Origin: a virus | Taxonomy: Duplodnaviria > Caudoviricetes | Direction: 5' to 3' (one strand) | IMG/VR virus record: IMGVR_UViG_3300006923_000027 | Coordinates: 1 to 56,225 of that record | Length of the DNA: 56,225 nt | Part shown: positions 35,712 through 46,102 of the stretch, in pieces | Numbering within the stretch: position 1 is the first letter of the stretch | Layout of the letters: each line of letters begins with the position of its first letter | The notes under the pieces: model-generated | What the model was told of the DNA's origin: nothing | The model's database searches: none | What the model saw: the letters and a program-made list of their open reading frames with translations, nothing else | Position numbers and translations under genes: made by a program

Positions 35712-36755
35712 ATGACAAAGACAAAGTTGAGAAAGGAAATGCTAGTGCTTTATGCTAAAGACTTTTCAAAAAGTATACATAAAGAGAAAACAGTTAGTAG
35801 GACATGTTATGATGTATTAAGCAAATCAACAGAGGAGGAGATAATTAACTTTATATCATGGAGAGGTTTGAATAAAATAAGAATGGTCGGTAGCTCTGGT
35901 GCTTTTGGTAATTATTTAATTAAAGAGAGCATGATTAAAGAATATAGTAAAGGGAAAGCAGATGAAAAAGTTGAGGCATATATAAAGATAATTTTTTGTC
36001 ATGATATATGTTCATTTTTTCAATCAAATAAGAAGTTTTTTGATAAGTATTTTGAACATTCATGTAATTATATTAAGTATAGAGTTTTGCAAAACTTTGG
36101 AAATTATAATTTCATTAAAAAGTATTTGAAAAAAAGAAAAGTAATTTGCCTTTTAGATAACAACCCACCTTCATATCTAAAGGCACTTCTTTATAATCAT
36201 TTAAGTGATTTTCAAATAGCGAAGTATTTAAATAAGATGAGCGATAAATTTGAGTCTGTTGAAGAAAGTAAAAAGACCAGTGTTGAATACAAATTAGAGT
36301 CAAGATATTATGAAGATATACATTTGTTGGTTGATAAAGGAATTCTGTCAAATAGATTTGTTGAAAAAAAGTTAGATCATGTATCACAATATGCAGAGAT
36401 GCCAACAGTTTCAGAGCGTTTTGAAATGAGATTTAAAACAGAGTTGAGAGATTTGCATAAAGCAAACAAGCATAATGCCTTTTCAGTTATTTCAAAATAC
36501 ATAAGTAATTATAAAGATGAAAGAATATATCTTAATAAGGCATTTTTAATAAAGTTTATTGAAAGTTTTTTACCGTATATGTCTTTATTAAAAAGAAAAG
36601 ATGTGCCTTATTTTATAAATCTATCACAAGAGATACAAGACTTTGCAAAAGAAAAGGGTATTGAGACAGGAGGTTTGTTTGGCAGAAGTATATGCTTTAC
36701 GCATCTTGATGATATCATAGAACTTAAACTTAAAGATACAAAAAATTTAATTTAA
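35712..36755 (+). CDS. helical hypothetical protein
   Basis: 347-aa ORF, GAGGA RBS. Confidence 0.8.
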   Translation: MTKTKLRKEMLVLYAKDFSKSIHKEKTVSRTCYDVLSKSTEEEIINFISWRGLNKIRMVGSSGAFGNYLIKESMIKEYSKGKADEKVEAYIKIIFCHDICSFFQSNKKFFDKYFEHSCNYIKYRVLQNFGNYNFIKKYLKKRKVICLLDNNPPSYLKALLYNHLSDFQIAKYLNKMSDKFESVEESKKTSVEYKLESRYYEDIHLLVDKGILSNRFVEKKLDHVSQYAEMPTVSERFEMRFKTELRDLHKANKHNAFSVISKYISNYKDERIYLNKAFLIKFIESFLPYMSLLKRKDVPYFINLSQEIQDFAKEKGIETGGLFGRSICFTHLDDIIELKLKDTKNLI

Positions 36756-36768
36756 AAAGGAGAATGAC

Positions 36769-37137
36769 ATGGGTTTAGATCAATGGTTTTACAAAGCAAA
36801 GGAAGATACTTTTGAAGAAGTAGAAAAGTATGATGATGGAACAGAACAAACTTATATTAGGTTACCCAAAGACCATATAGAGATTTGTTATTTTAGAAAA
36901 CATCATGAATTAAATAGTTGGATCGGATTCAAGGCTTGTCCTGATGAATTATATGATTTTAATTGTATTCCTATCAAATTAGAAGAGTCACATATAACTA
37001 GTCTGTTTAATGATCTTGTCACTGGAGAGTTAACATCAGAACATGAACATCACAATGAAGAACTTTTAAGTTTTATTAAAAAGGCTTTTGATAGTATTGC
37101 TGAAGGATATGATCTTTATTATATGGGTTGGTGGTAA
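36769..37137 (+). CDS. phage hypothetical protein (MGLD...YFRK type)
   Basis: MGLDQWFY...EICYFRKHHEL. Confidence 0.8.
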   Translation: MGLDQWFYKAKEDTFEEVEKYDDGTEQTYIRLPKDHIEICYFRKHHELNSWIGFKACPDELYDFNCIPIKLEESHITSLFNDLVTGELTSEHEHHNEELLSFIKKAFDSIAEGYDLYYMGWW

Positions 37138-37138
37138 T

Positions 37139-37459
37139 ATGATTTCAGATTGGATTGTATGTTTGCACGAAGAAGAATTTTTGTTTCGTCAGTTACGGAC
37201 AAATAGTTTTATGAGAATAAGATGTTGTCACATAAAGAAAGAAGATGATGAGTTTGTAGCAACAATAAATTTTAGAGAGAGAGTTACTTTTTATTCCACA
37301 AAAGTAAAAGAGTTGGTTTCGTTAGTTGATACTTATTTAACACAAAAAGGTTTCGAAGTAATACCTTGTAGGTTAGATCAATTTTCAAGAAAACAATTGC
37401 CAGAAAAAGATACTTGGTTTTTTATACAAAATAATATAAGGAGAAAATATTATGAATGA
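37139..37459 (+). CDS. family member (divergent)
   Basis: MISDW; ELVSLVDTYLTQKGF. Confidence 0.7.
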   Translation: MISDWIVCLHEEEFLFRQLRTNSFMRIRCCHIKKEDDEFVATINFRERVTFYSTKVKELVSLVDTYLTQKGFEVIPCRLDQFSRKQLPEKDTWFFIQNNIRRKYYE

Positions 37460-38219
37460 TTTTAATATTATGATAGACGAGAATAATTCAGAAGAAGTAG
37501 ACTTGTCGAATGAGTTTGAAAAATTCGTATTAGGTTTCAATAATACAGGCAGAACTTCTAGACAATCTAAATCAAGTTATATCTTTTCAAACATAGACAA
37601 ACAAAGATGGATAAACTCAGAAGCGTTTGATGCTGAGTTTGTTAAAACATTAAATTATCTATCATATTGGGATATAAGAGAAATGTGTTCTAATTTGCCT
37701 AGAAAAACAAGTTTGAATAAAGATCTAGAGTCTTTTTGGTTTAGGATAAGTAAGTACAAAGATTTAGAGCCGTATATAAAGATATATCTTTTTATAAATT
37801 ATTTGTGTAATTTAGAAGATATAATTCCTGTATACTTAGAGAAAGATACTTCAGGAGTGTTTTATAGCAATGTTTCAAGAAGAATGAGTTTAGAGGGCTA
37901 CAAAAGACTAACTAAAAGCAAAGACTCAAACATAAGAACTCTTTCTTATTATGCACTTCCTATTGAAGAAAACATAGATAATATGTTAAACGATAGATCA
38001 AAAGACGTTAGAATTATTGCTTTGAGACATTTAAAGTTTGGAGACAAAAGATTTAAACAAGCAGCATTAAAAGAAAAGGCAGGTCAAAACTTAATAGAGA
38101 TTGCAAAAAAGTTATCATATAAAGATTTAGTGTTTTTAGTTGGTAAGAAAGCAAGAAGCAAGTGGACTGACAGTCATATAAAGAAGTTAGTTCAAAAAAG
38201 AATGGAGGAGAGATGTTGA
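37452..38219 (+). CDS. HEAT-like helical repeat protein
   Basis: LTKSKDSNIR...MLNDRSKDVRIIAL repeats. Confidence 0.6.
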   Translation: MNDFNIMIDENNSEEVDLSNEFEKFVLGFNNTGRTSRQSKSSYIFSNIDKQRWINSEAFDAEFVKTLNYLSYWDIREMCSNLPRKTSLNKDLESFWFRISKYKDLEPYIKIYLFINYLCNLEDIIPVYLEKDTSGVFYSNVSRRMSLEGYKRLTKSKDSNIRTLSYYALPIEENIDNMLNDRSKDVRIIALRHLKFGDKRFKQAALKEKAGQNLIEIAKKLSYKDLVFLVGKKARSKWTDSHIKKLVQKRMEERC

Positions 38220-38440
38220 TTCCTAAAAGCTGTGAAAGATGTAATGAAGAGTCTAGACGTAAAACCTGTTCAAGATTCAACATACAAATGATTTGTATGG
38301 AATGTAATGACAAAGAGAAGAAACATGCCAAATACAAGTTGGCATGTGAAGTAGAGTTTAATGAGGTTAAAAAGGGTAACTTTAATTTTGAGGGTATTGG
38401 GTTGCCTAGCGATCTGTATACGATAACAATAAAAAAATGA
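38213..38440 (+). CDS. small zinc-binding phage protein
   Basis: CERC...SRFN...CMEC...NFEGIGLP. Confidence 0.75.
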   Translation: MLIPKSCERCNEESRRKTCSRFNIQMICMECNDKEKKHAKYKLACEVEFNEVKKGNFNFEGIGLPSDLYTITIKK

Positions 38441-38510
38441 AAAATATATACGGTTTATAAAAAAACGCATATAACATGTAGGAATATAGCCTAGCAAGGG
38501 ATATATTCTT

Positions 38511-39194
38511 ATGTCATGCAAAGTCTATTATAAGAGGTTTAATAAAATGCCAAAGTGGTGCAAATGTATATTAAATGTTTCTTTTTCTTCAAACGAAACT
38601 TATGACAAGTGGAAATCTGTTTTTGTTGGAGATAGATTTGAAATGAATGAGTTCTTTGTAAGAGTAAAGAAAGCAAATGGTGTTCTCTTAAAAAATAAAA
38701 GTTGGGGAACAAGGTGGGAAGTATGTAAAGATTCTTTTGAGTCTAACAATGAAGACTTGAGTTTTCAGTTTGTATATAATTCTGTTTGGACACCAAACAT
38801 TCCAGTTCTACAGTCTGTATATAAAAAGCTTAAGAGTGATGATGGGTTTGTTGAAGTAAGATGTTCTTTTCATGAAGGATTCTCTAATTACAGAGGTTTG
38901 TTTTTAAATGGAGAGGTAGATGTTATAGGCATTGACTCTTTTTATAAACTTGTAATTCAGCAAGATTCTAAGTACAGCAAAGATGTTTATAGTGTAAAGA
39001 AAACAAAAGGCAATGATTTGTTTTTATATAAAGAAACTTACATTGCATCTTACCCTGTTGATAAAAGCAAATCAAAGGAAAAGATATCTTCAAAATTAGA
39101 TGGAGAAGAAGAATACACTGAACATAAGTGTTACCTTATAGACTTGGAAGATTGCATACCTATAATAGAATATAAAAATAAATTTTACTTTTGA
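38511..39194 (+). CDS. DUF1281/YubB-like ferredoxin-fold protein
   Basis: MPKWC...WGTRW...SVWTP; paralog of next gene. Confidence 0.65.
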   Translation: MSCKVYYKRFNKMPKWCKCILNVSFSSNETYDKWKSVFVGDRFEMNEFFVRVKKANGVLLKNKSWGTRWEVCKDSFESNNEDLSFQFVYNSVWTPNIPVLQSVYKKLKSDDGFVEVRCSFHEGFSNYRGLFLNGEVDVIGIDSFYKLVIQQDSKYSKDVYSVKKTKGNDLFLYKETYIASYPVDKSKSKEKISSKLDGEEEYTEHKCYLIDLEDCIPIIEYKNKFYF

Positions 39195-39208
39195 TAAACG
39201 GAGAAACT

Positions 39209-39871
39209 ATGCCTAACTGGTGTTACAATAAGTTATATATACAGTTTTCAAGAAAGGAACTGTATGAAAAATGGGTTGATGAATTTTCTGCAACAGACTT
39301 TCAACTCAATCAGTATTTCAAACCAATTAAAGACTGTCCAAACCGTCTGTCTTTTAAAGAGTATTGGGGAACAAGAGCAGAGACAACTGAATTTTCTGTA
39401 AACTTTTGTGATTCAAAGCTTGAGATAGAGTGTTCTTATCTTACTGCTTGGACACCTAACCGTTTAGTCTTAGACAGGGTTTATGATGCACTGAGCTTAG
39501 AAGATGATGAGGTTGAGGTCAGTTCTTTTTATGAAGAAAGATCAAATTCGTTTAGGGGGATGTATTACAATGGCGAAGATATGTTCTTTGATGTTGATGA
39601 CTTTTACATAGTACAAAACCAAGATAACGACTCTTATTCTTTAAGCAGAAAACAAAACGGATTATTTGTTTTAAGCACTGACAATCCTGACCATGAATAC
39701 ATCTTAGTTTCAAGAGAAAAAGAGAAGAAAAGAAGCTGTATCATAGACGGAGATGAAGATTACTTTATTCACAAATGTTTCTCTGAAAGACTTGGAGAAA
39801 ACATATCTATTATCGAATATAATAATTGGTATTATATTAAAAATTCCAACTTAAACTTTCTATATTTATAA
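39209..39871 (+). CDS. DUF1281/YubB-like ferredoxin-fold protein
   Basis: MPNWCYNKL...WGT...TAWTP. Confidence 0.7.
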   Translation: MPNWCYNKLYIQFSRKELYEKWVDEFSATDFQLNQYFKPIKDCPNRLSFKEYWGTRAETTEFSVNFCDSKLEIECSYLTAWTPNRLVLDRVYDALSLEDDEVEVSSFYEERSNSFRGMYYNGEDMFFDVDDFYIVQNQDNDSYSLSRKQNGLFVLSTDNPDHEYILVSREKEKKRSCIIDGDEDYFIHKCFSERLGENISIIEYNNWYYIKNSNLNFLYL

Positions 39872-39881
39872 AGGAGAAAAA

Positions 39882-40709
39882 ATGAAGATATTATTATTAG
39901 ATGGCTATAACATGTTACACCGTTGTAGATTTAACTGGGGTGGAGGAAAAGCAGAGGGAGAGTTTCAAATTGTTTATAACTTTATGAGACTTTTAAAAGG
40001 AACTGTTGACGACTTTCAAGCTGACAAAGTTTACTTTGTTGTTGATGGAAAACCAAAGACAAGACTTGACATGTATCCTGAGTATAAAGCAAACAGGAGA
40101 GAGGAGGTAACTGATCCAGAAGAAATCGCTTATTGGGAAAGCTTTCATAGACAAAAAAGAATTTGTTTAAACTTAGTAAGAGAACACATTCCAGTTTACA
40201 CTGCGTATCATGAAGATTATGAGGGCGATGATATCATTTATACGATAGCAAAACATAGAACGAGTTTGGAAGATGAAATTATTATTATTTCATCTGATAC
40301 AGATTTTATTCAGGCTGTTCAAGAGTTAGATAATGTAAAGTTATTTAATCCTATTAAAAGAGAATATAGAGAAGCACCAGAGTATAATTATCTTTCTTGG
40401 AAAGCTATGGTTGGAGATAGAAGTGATAACATCAAGGGTGTTCCAAAGATAGGAAAGGTTCGAGCAGAAAGAATCCTTAAGAATGGAGAGTTAAATGAAA
40501 GACTTGAAGATGATAACTTTAACTCTGCATACAGTCAGAGCTTTTCTTTAATTAAGTTAATTGATATGAAAGGTGTATCTGGAATGGAATTAAATCAAGC
40601 TAAATTTAATTATGCAGAACTAAAGAGATCATTTGAAGAAATGTCTTTTGCATCTATGCTTGAAGAAAATTATGCTAAGTCTTATCAAGAAACTTTTGAA
40701 AGATTGTAA
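39882..40709 (+). CDS. 5'-3' exonuclease / flap endonuclease (T4 RNase H/PolA N-terminal type)
   Basis: LLLDGYN, YKANR, EGDD, SSDTDF, GDRSDNIKGVPKIG motifs. Confidence 0.92.
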   Translation: MKILLLDGYNMLHRCRFNWGGGKAEGEFQIVYNFMRLLKGTVDDFQADKVYFVVDGKPKTRLDMYPEYKANRREEVTDPEEIAYWESFHRQKRICLNLVREHIPVYTAYHEDYEGDDIIYTIAKHRTSLEDEIIIISSDTDFIQAVQELDNVKLFNPIKREYREAPEYNYLSWKAMVGDRSDNIKGVPKIGKVRAERILKNGELNERLEDDNFNSAYSQSFSLIKLIDMKGVSGMELNQAKFNYAELKRSFEEMSFASMLEENYAKSYQETFERL

Positions 40710-40819
40710 TTTAAAAATTTAATAACCTCTCTAAGACTTGCTTCTTTTTTTAGTTGCAAGTCTTTTTTTATGCTAATATTTATATGAAATATAGAAAATA
40801 AAAACAGGAGATTTGCTTT

Positions 40820-42325
40820 ATGTATAATAAAGAAATATCAAAATTAAAGAACAAACTTATATCTTTGGGTGAACAAGAAGAAGCTAAGCTTTTGGAAAAG
40901 AGAGCTAATCCTGTTGCTGCTTTGTTAGCAGGTGGTGTCACTGCCACTGCTTTCTTTCTAACATTTCTTCTTATGGAAGGCTTAGTTACAGAAGATGAAA
41001 AGAAAAAATTAAGAATAGCCATAGGATTACCTAAAGCAACTGATAGAGAGCTAATTAAAGAACTAAAAGAAAACCCAGAAAAAGCAGAAGAGGCAATTAA
41101 AAAAATTATTCCTAAAGAGAGGCTGGAACTTGCTAAAGAAAAATCTTTAGAAATACCTTTGGTTAGCTTTAGATGTCCAAAAGAAGATAAGTATTCTTCA
41201 TTATCACCTCATATTGTAACTTTAAGAGAAGATGAGAGTAATCATAAATATGCATATATAATAGATGATAATGGTAAAAATATAAGTCTTGGAAAACAAA
41301 TGTCTTCAACTGATGCAACAAGAGTAAGAGATGCTTATATATCTGCTTATCAAGAATGCTTTGGAGATATTTCTTCTAGATCTGCAACAAATACAGAAGC
41401 AGAAACAATTAAAAGCAGAATAGGCATACCTGATAGAGATGTTAAATCCATAGTAAGAGAGCCTAAGATAAAAGAAGAATCTTTAATTTTAAATATTTGT
41501 CAAAAAGATCTTGACGGTGAAGCTTATGAAGAAGGTGGATTTACTTTCAGAAATATAAAAGTTGATTCTGATGCTTATAAAGAATATGATCTTGTTTTAA
41601 GAACAAAGCCAAGAGTTCAAGATAAATATATTAGAATATTAGATTGTGGTGGAGGATCTGATGTTCCAGAAGCACCTTATCGCACACCAAAGCCAGATGT
41701 TATTCCCAAAAAAGTTAAACCTAAAAGAGAGAATACTCCTTCAAGAAGGCCTATGCCTCAAACTGAAGATGTTAAACTTGTGACTCCAGAAATACCTCAA
41801 GGTAGAACTGACGTAACAACAATTCAAACTGAAGATGAAATAGGAGATAGCAAATATAAAATTACTGAAAGTTCAATAAGATCTGTTTCCAATCAGGATG
41901 ATAATTTAATTTATATGACAAGAGATGCTCAGCCTGGAGTAAAAGGACCCATTCTTTATTTGCAACACTTATTAAATCAAAAAGGAGAAAGCGTTACAAC
42001 AGATGGATACTATGGTCCAGCTACAAAGAAAGCGATATTTAATATCACAGGTTATGAAGGAGATGTTGTTGATAAAGATATTCTTGGACTCTTAATAGAT
42101 GATCACCCTAATCCTGGATATAAAATACAGTTTATTTTAGATCAAGATGGGATTGATCCAAACATCTATAATCAATTAACTAGACAAGAAAGAAAGCAAT
42201 TAGCTAGAGATATGTCATCTGAAAATGGAAAACTTAGAATTGTTAATAGAATAAAAAATAAAATTAGAAATAAAAATAGAGGCAGAAGAAGAAACACACC
42301 AACAATTAATTTACCTGGAGAATGA
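40820..42325 (+). CDS. putative virion protein with TM helix and peptidoglycan-binding domain
   Basis: Hydrophobic segment near the N-terminus; LYLQHLLNQKG...DGYYGPATKKAI resembles PG_binding_1. Confidence 0.65.
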   Translation: MYNKEISKLKNKLISLGEQEEAKLLEKRANPVAALLAGGVTATAFFLTFLLMEGLVTEDEKKKLRIAIGLPKATDRELIKELKENPEKAEEAIKKIIPKERLELAKEKSLEIPLVSFRCPKEDKYSSLSPHIVTLREDESNHKYAYIIDDNGKNISLGKQMSSTDATRVRDAYISAYQECFGDISSRSATNTEAETIKSRIGIPDRDVKSIVREPKIKEESLILNICQKDLDGEAYEEGGFTFRNIKVDSDAYKEYDLVLRTKPRVQDKYIRILDCGGGSDVPEAPYRTPKPDVIPKKVKPKRENTPSRRPMPQTEDVKLVTPEIPQGRTDVTTIQTEDEIGDSKYKITESSIRSVSNQDDNLIYMTRDAQPGVKGPILYLQHLLNQKGESVTTDGYYGPATKKAIFNITGYEGDVVDKDILGLLIDDHPNPGYKIQFILDQDGIDPNIYNQLTRQERKQLARDMSSENGKLRIVNRIKNKIRNKNRGRRRNTPTINLPGE

Positions 42326-42388
42326 AACTGAATAATAAAATTTATTTTATATTTAAGCCTCGATCCAAAACGAGGCTTTATTTTTTTC

Positions 42389-42438
42389 TGAAAAACTTAT
42401 CCTAAAAACTTGACATAGGTATCTCAACATGTTATATT
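42389..42438 (+). promoter_or_regulatory. sigma70 promoter with shared upstream element
   Basis: TTGACA-17bp-TATATT; 27 bp identical to 34290-34316. Confidence 0.8.
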
Positions 42439-42532
42439 ATAGTCATGGGATAATTCTATCCCCTTAATTGAGAGGTTATAATATGTCTGATGATAGAATA
42501 ATTATATGTAGAAATATAAGGAAAACAATAAT

Positions 42533-42913
42533 ATGAAAAAGATAATTAAAATAAATGATTTTTCAGATAGTCGTTGCATGTCAGGTGGTTCTTATACAAT
42601 GACAACTTCTGATAAATTGGTAAAACTTTTTGGAGAGCCAACAAAATCTGATTCTTACAAGTCAGATTGGATCTGGAGATTGACTTTAGATGATCATAGT
42701 TTGATTGATTTATATGATTGGAAATTAGGAAAAAATTATTTAGGAGAAGAAGATGGTCTGTCTTTTGATGAAATAAGGATGTGGTCTATATCGTCTGATA
42801 AAAAAGAAAATTCTGAATTTTTACAGACCTTGATAGATTTCTTTTTAAATAAAGAAGACTGGGGAAGATTTGAATATATAAAAGAAGAAATGTTTTTTAA
42901 CTTGGAGGAATAA
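42533..42913 (+). CDS. phage hypothetical protein (LFGEP...YDWK type)
   Basis: Motif pattern. Confidence 0.75.
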   Translation: MKKIIKINDFSDSRCMSGGSYTMTTSDKLVKLFGEPTKSDSYKSDWIWRLTLDDHSLIDLYDWKLGKNYLGEEDGLSFDEIRMWSISSDKKENSEFLQTLIDFFLNKEDWGRFEYIKEEMFFNLEE

Positions 42914-43017
42914 TGTTAGAATTAAACTTGTTATTTGTTTGTTTAATAACCTTTGCAATTAGTTTTTTAGTTGGTATGGGATTTTTATATTTGTGTGATA
43001 AACACAACTGGTATTAG
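42913..43017 (+). CDS. 34-aa membrane peptide (not in ORF track)
   Basis: GGAGG RBS, TAATG coupling, one TM helix. Confidence 0.6.
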   Translation: MLELNLLFVCLITFAISFLVGMGFLYLCDKHNWY

Positions 43018-43025
43018 GAGATTAA

Positions 43026-43355
43026 ATGTCTAGTAAAAAAGGAACGGATACTCAAAATCAAGATGGTGTTGACTTGAAAGATAGAGAGGATAATAAAATA
43101 GAAAAGCCTAAGAAGTATAAAGTTGTTTTTTATAATGATGATTATACTCCTATGGACTGGGTGGTGTTGCTTCTTATGAGTGAGTTTAACTTAAGTTCAA
43201 AGAAAGCTTTTGCTGTAATGATGAAAGTACATGAAAAAGGGAAAGGAATAGCAGGCATCTTTCCTAAAGGTATAGCTTCAACTAAATCAAAAAGATGTAA
43301 TAAGCTATCTAAAAATCAAGACTTCCCATTGTTTACAGATATTGAGCCTGAATAA
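43026..43355 (+). CDS. clpS: ATP-dependent Clp protease adaptor ClpS
   Basis: YKVVFYNDDYTPMDWVV...MMKVHEKGKG. Confidence 0.93.
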   Translation: MSSKKGTDTQNQDGVDLKDREDNKIEKPKKYKVVFYNDDYTPMDWVVLLLMSEFNLSSKKAFAVMMKVHEKGKGIAGIFPKGIASTKSKRCNKLSKNQDFPLFTDIEPE

Positions 43356-44020
43356 TGTATTTTGAAAACAAATTAATTTTTAGATTTTCAAAGAAAGATA
43401 CTGCAAAGCAAATCTTTTATGACTTTTCAAGCTCTCTTTCATATAACTCTTTAGTCATAAATGGTGAATCTTTTAATACAAATAAGGCAAAAAAAGACTT
43501 GGTGAAAAAAGAGTTTTGTGAATGTACTTTATTTCCCACAGAAAATATTGATGGTAAATTTGTATTTAAAGTAAAAATTGTAAGTGACTGGGACTTATAT
43601 GAAGAAGTTTTGTTTATGAAAGAAGAAATAATAAAGTTAGATAGTTTTTTTGAAATAGAATATTATTTTTACAATGAAAGAGAGCAGGTTAGAGGATTTG
43701 TAAATAACTCTTGTGTTTTAAATAAAGAAAGAGTTTGTGACTTATATAGAGTGGCATATAGAGGTTTGCATTTTTCAACAATTGATATCCTTTTCAATAA
43801 TAATATTGCGTTTTTTGATAGTATATCAGGCAAAGGGGTGTTTTTGTTAAACAAAGATGTAGAAGAAATACAGTGTTATAGTGAAGACTTTACATTAAAA
43901 ATAAAAGGAGAGTTATGGAATAGCTTTAGTAATGTGTCAGAAAATATAAAACTTATAAAATATAATAATCAATTCTATATAGATGATTGGAATCGCTTAG
44001 AATTAAACTATTGGGAGTAA
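43355..44020 (+). CDS. hypothetical protein (possibly distant paralog of 38511/39209)
   Basis: Similar length and C-terminal IKYNNQFY. Confidence 0.7.
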   Translation: MYFENKLIFRFSKKDTAKQIFYDFSSSLSYNSLVINGESFNTNKAKKDLVKKEFCECTLFPTENIDGKFVFKVKIVSDWDLYEEVLFMKEEIIKLDSFFEIEYYFYNEREQVRGFVNNSCVLNKERVCDLYRVAYRGLHFSTIDILFNNNIAFFDSISGKGVFLLNKDVEEIQCYSEDFTLKIKGELWNSFSNVSENIKLIKYNNQFYIDDWNRLELNYWE

Positions 44021-44025
44021 TAACG

Positions 44026-44292
44026 ATGGCTTTAAATAAAACAAAAGAGAAAGGCGACTTAAAAGAAACAATAGAGAAAGTAAAGAGTTTGGTGGTTGAT
44101 TGCACTGACTATCACTTTCATGTAAAGGCTGAGTCAGATGATTATGGAAATCACATTTGCTACTATGTTGAAAGAAGCTTAGACGACAAGCAAACTTTAA
44201 AAGAAAGATTGCCAAGCAAAGTTAATGGTTGGAGGATTGTTTATATGACTTGTCCTAACGGATACATAAAGGCTTTTTTGGAGGTAGTATGA
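44026..44292 (+). CDS. hypothetical protein
   Basis: GGGAG RBS before ATG 44026. Confidence 0.7.
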   Translation: MALNKTKEKGDLKETIEKVKSLVVDCTDYHFHVKAESDDYGNHICYYVERSLDDKQTLKERLPSKVNGWRIVYMTCPNGYIKAFLEVV

Positions 44293-44660
44293 GGTCTGAT
44301 TTGGAAAACATTATTTATAGTAAATATCCAAAGTTATTTTTAGAGAAAGATTTGCCACCACAAGAGACTTGTATGTGTTGGGGGTTGGCTTGTGGAGAAG
44401 GCTGGTTTGATTTGATTGACAATCTTTGCATGCAAATAAAGAAACATTCAGAGAGAGAAAGAAAAACAAATCATCTTTATGAAGATGTTATTGTCAAGCA
44501 AGTAAAAACAAAGTTTAGTATGCTTTGCTTTTATTATTCGGGAGGAGACAAGACTATTTCTTCTTTAAAAGCTTTTGCTACAAATATGTCAAGGTATATT
44601 TGTGAACGATGTGGGAATAGTAAACTTGCAAATAAAAAGTGCAACTGTAATACAAATTAG
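44289..44660 (+). CDS. phage hypothetical protein (CGEGW...QVKxKF...CExCG type)
   Basis: Motif pattern. Confidence 0.8.
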   Translation: MRSDLENIIYSKYPKLFLEKDLPPQETCMCWGLACGEGWFDLIDNLCMQIKKHSERERKTNHLYEDVIVKQVKTKFSMLCFYYSGGDKTISSLKAFATNMSRYICERCGNSKLANKKCNCNTN

Positions 44661-44736
44661 GCAAAGTATTCTTGTAACATAATTATGGTAATATCTAGGT
44701 GTATCTTAGGTATTACCATTTTTTTTTGGATTAAAT

Positions 44737-45159
44737 ATGTATGAATACTTCATATTAAATGAAAAGGTTACATTGGATCAGGTTGATGGTTGCATTAACA
44801 GAATTAAGAATTTTACAGTTGATGAGCTTTTAATTATATCTAATTTGTTTGATGCAAATGAGATAGGATCTAGTGATTTTAAAATAAAAGAAGAAGATTA
44901 CTTATATTTAGATGATCCCAAAAAGATTAAGATTAAAAATCAAATAAGAAAAGCAATGATGTCAGCATTGAAAGCTATAATGATACCACTGGTTAACGTT
45001 CCATTCAATGAAGGCTTGCCTACAATTAATGGTGTTTTCTGTATTTCTCTTGACGACAAGTTAATAGTCGGCTCTATGGCTAGTTCTTATTATTCAAAAA
45101 AGATACAACTTGATTCGGGGTTGTCTCAAATCATTTTAATTAAAAAGTTTCTATTATAA
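44737..45159 (+). CDS. hypothetical protein
   Basis: ORF track. Confidence 0.7.
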   Translation: MYEYFILNEKVTLDQVDGCINRIKNFTVDELLIISNLFDANEIGSSDFKIKEEDYLYLDDPKKIKIKNQIRKAMMSALKAIMIPLVNVPFNEGLPTINGVFCISLDDKLIVGSMASSYYSKKIQLDSGLSQIILIKKFLL

Positions 45160-45216
45160 CTTTATACTAATAACTAAAATAATATTTAGAAAATCATTAT
45201 ATATCAGGAGATCAAA

Positions 45217-46056
45217 ATGAAAATTAGAACTTATTCACAACAAGCTTCCAGAAAAGCAATAGAAGATAGTGTTGCTACATTATATAAGAAGGCTCAACTG
45301 TTTGAAGGACATGAAGAAGAGATGTCCTCTGTCATGATTAGTTTGTCAAAAGCTTTTGGTATGGAAATAACAAAAGAAGAAGCAAGAGAAGTCATGAGTT
45401 TTGTTGATGATATAGCTGCAGCTTTGGGTATTACTTTGGATGACTTAAAGGTTGCTCTTAAAAAGGTAGCAGATGTTGCAGAAGGTATATTTAATAAGAT
45501 AATGGGAATGTTATCTTCAAAACAAGATGACTCTTCAGAAACACTTCTTTTAGAAAACAACGCAGAAGATGGAGCTTTGGCTACTGGATTTAAAGTTTTA
45601 AAAACTATTGTTCCAAAAACAAAAAGAATTTATAATTATTTATTTAAGTCAGATGCATCAAAAATTAAAAAAGTTTTAGGAACTGGAATTGCTTTGGCTT
45701 TATCTTTGGGGTATATTGTTTCTCCTGTTGATTTGATACCAGATATAATTCCAATTATTGGTTGGGGTGATGATCTTGTTAGCTTTATATTTATTGGAGA
45801 TGTAGTCTATGGGTTGATTGATAGTAATTACAAATCAGATGATTCTCAAGAAGTAGCTCAAGAAGAAGTTGCAGAAGAACTAGAAACAACAGAGCTTCCA
45901 GATGAACCAATAACAATTGATGTTGAGTTTGAAGACTTAGACAAAGAATCTTTGGAATTGATTAAAGAGTTAATAAAAGTTTCAAACAATCTCGATGCAA
46001 AGGGGCTTACCAAACTGGCAGATGAAGCAGATAGCTTGTTGAAGAAGCTTTTGTAA
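45217..46056 (+). CDS. YkvA/DUF1232-domain protein with C-terminal SNNLDAKG...ADEAD motif
   Basis: GYIVSPVDLIPDIIPIIGWGDD. Confidence 0.8.
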   Translation: MKIRTYSQQASRKAIEDSVATLYKKAQLFEGHEEEMSSVMISLSKAFGMEITKEEAREVMSFVDDIAAALGITLDDLKVALKKVADVAEGIFNKIMGMLSSKQDDSSETLLLENNAEDGALATGFKVLKTIVPKTKRIYNYLFKSDASKIKKVLGTGIALALSLGYIVSPVDLIPDIIPIIGWGDDLVSFIFIGDVVYGLIDSNYKSDDSQEVAQEEVAEELETTELPDEPITIDVEFEDLDKESLELIKELIKVSNNLDAKGLTKLADEADSLLKKLL

Positions 46057-46102
46057 GATTCAAAAAGTGCTAATAAAAAAGCATTATGTGGAGGGTATTC
46101 AC

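Noticed and set aside
15870-37459. Diversity-generating retroelement behind the paralog family
   Set aside because: No reverse transcriptase and no near-identical template/variable repeat pair seen; divergence spans the whole genes.
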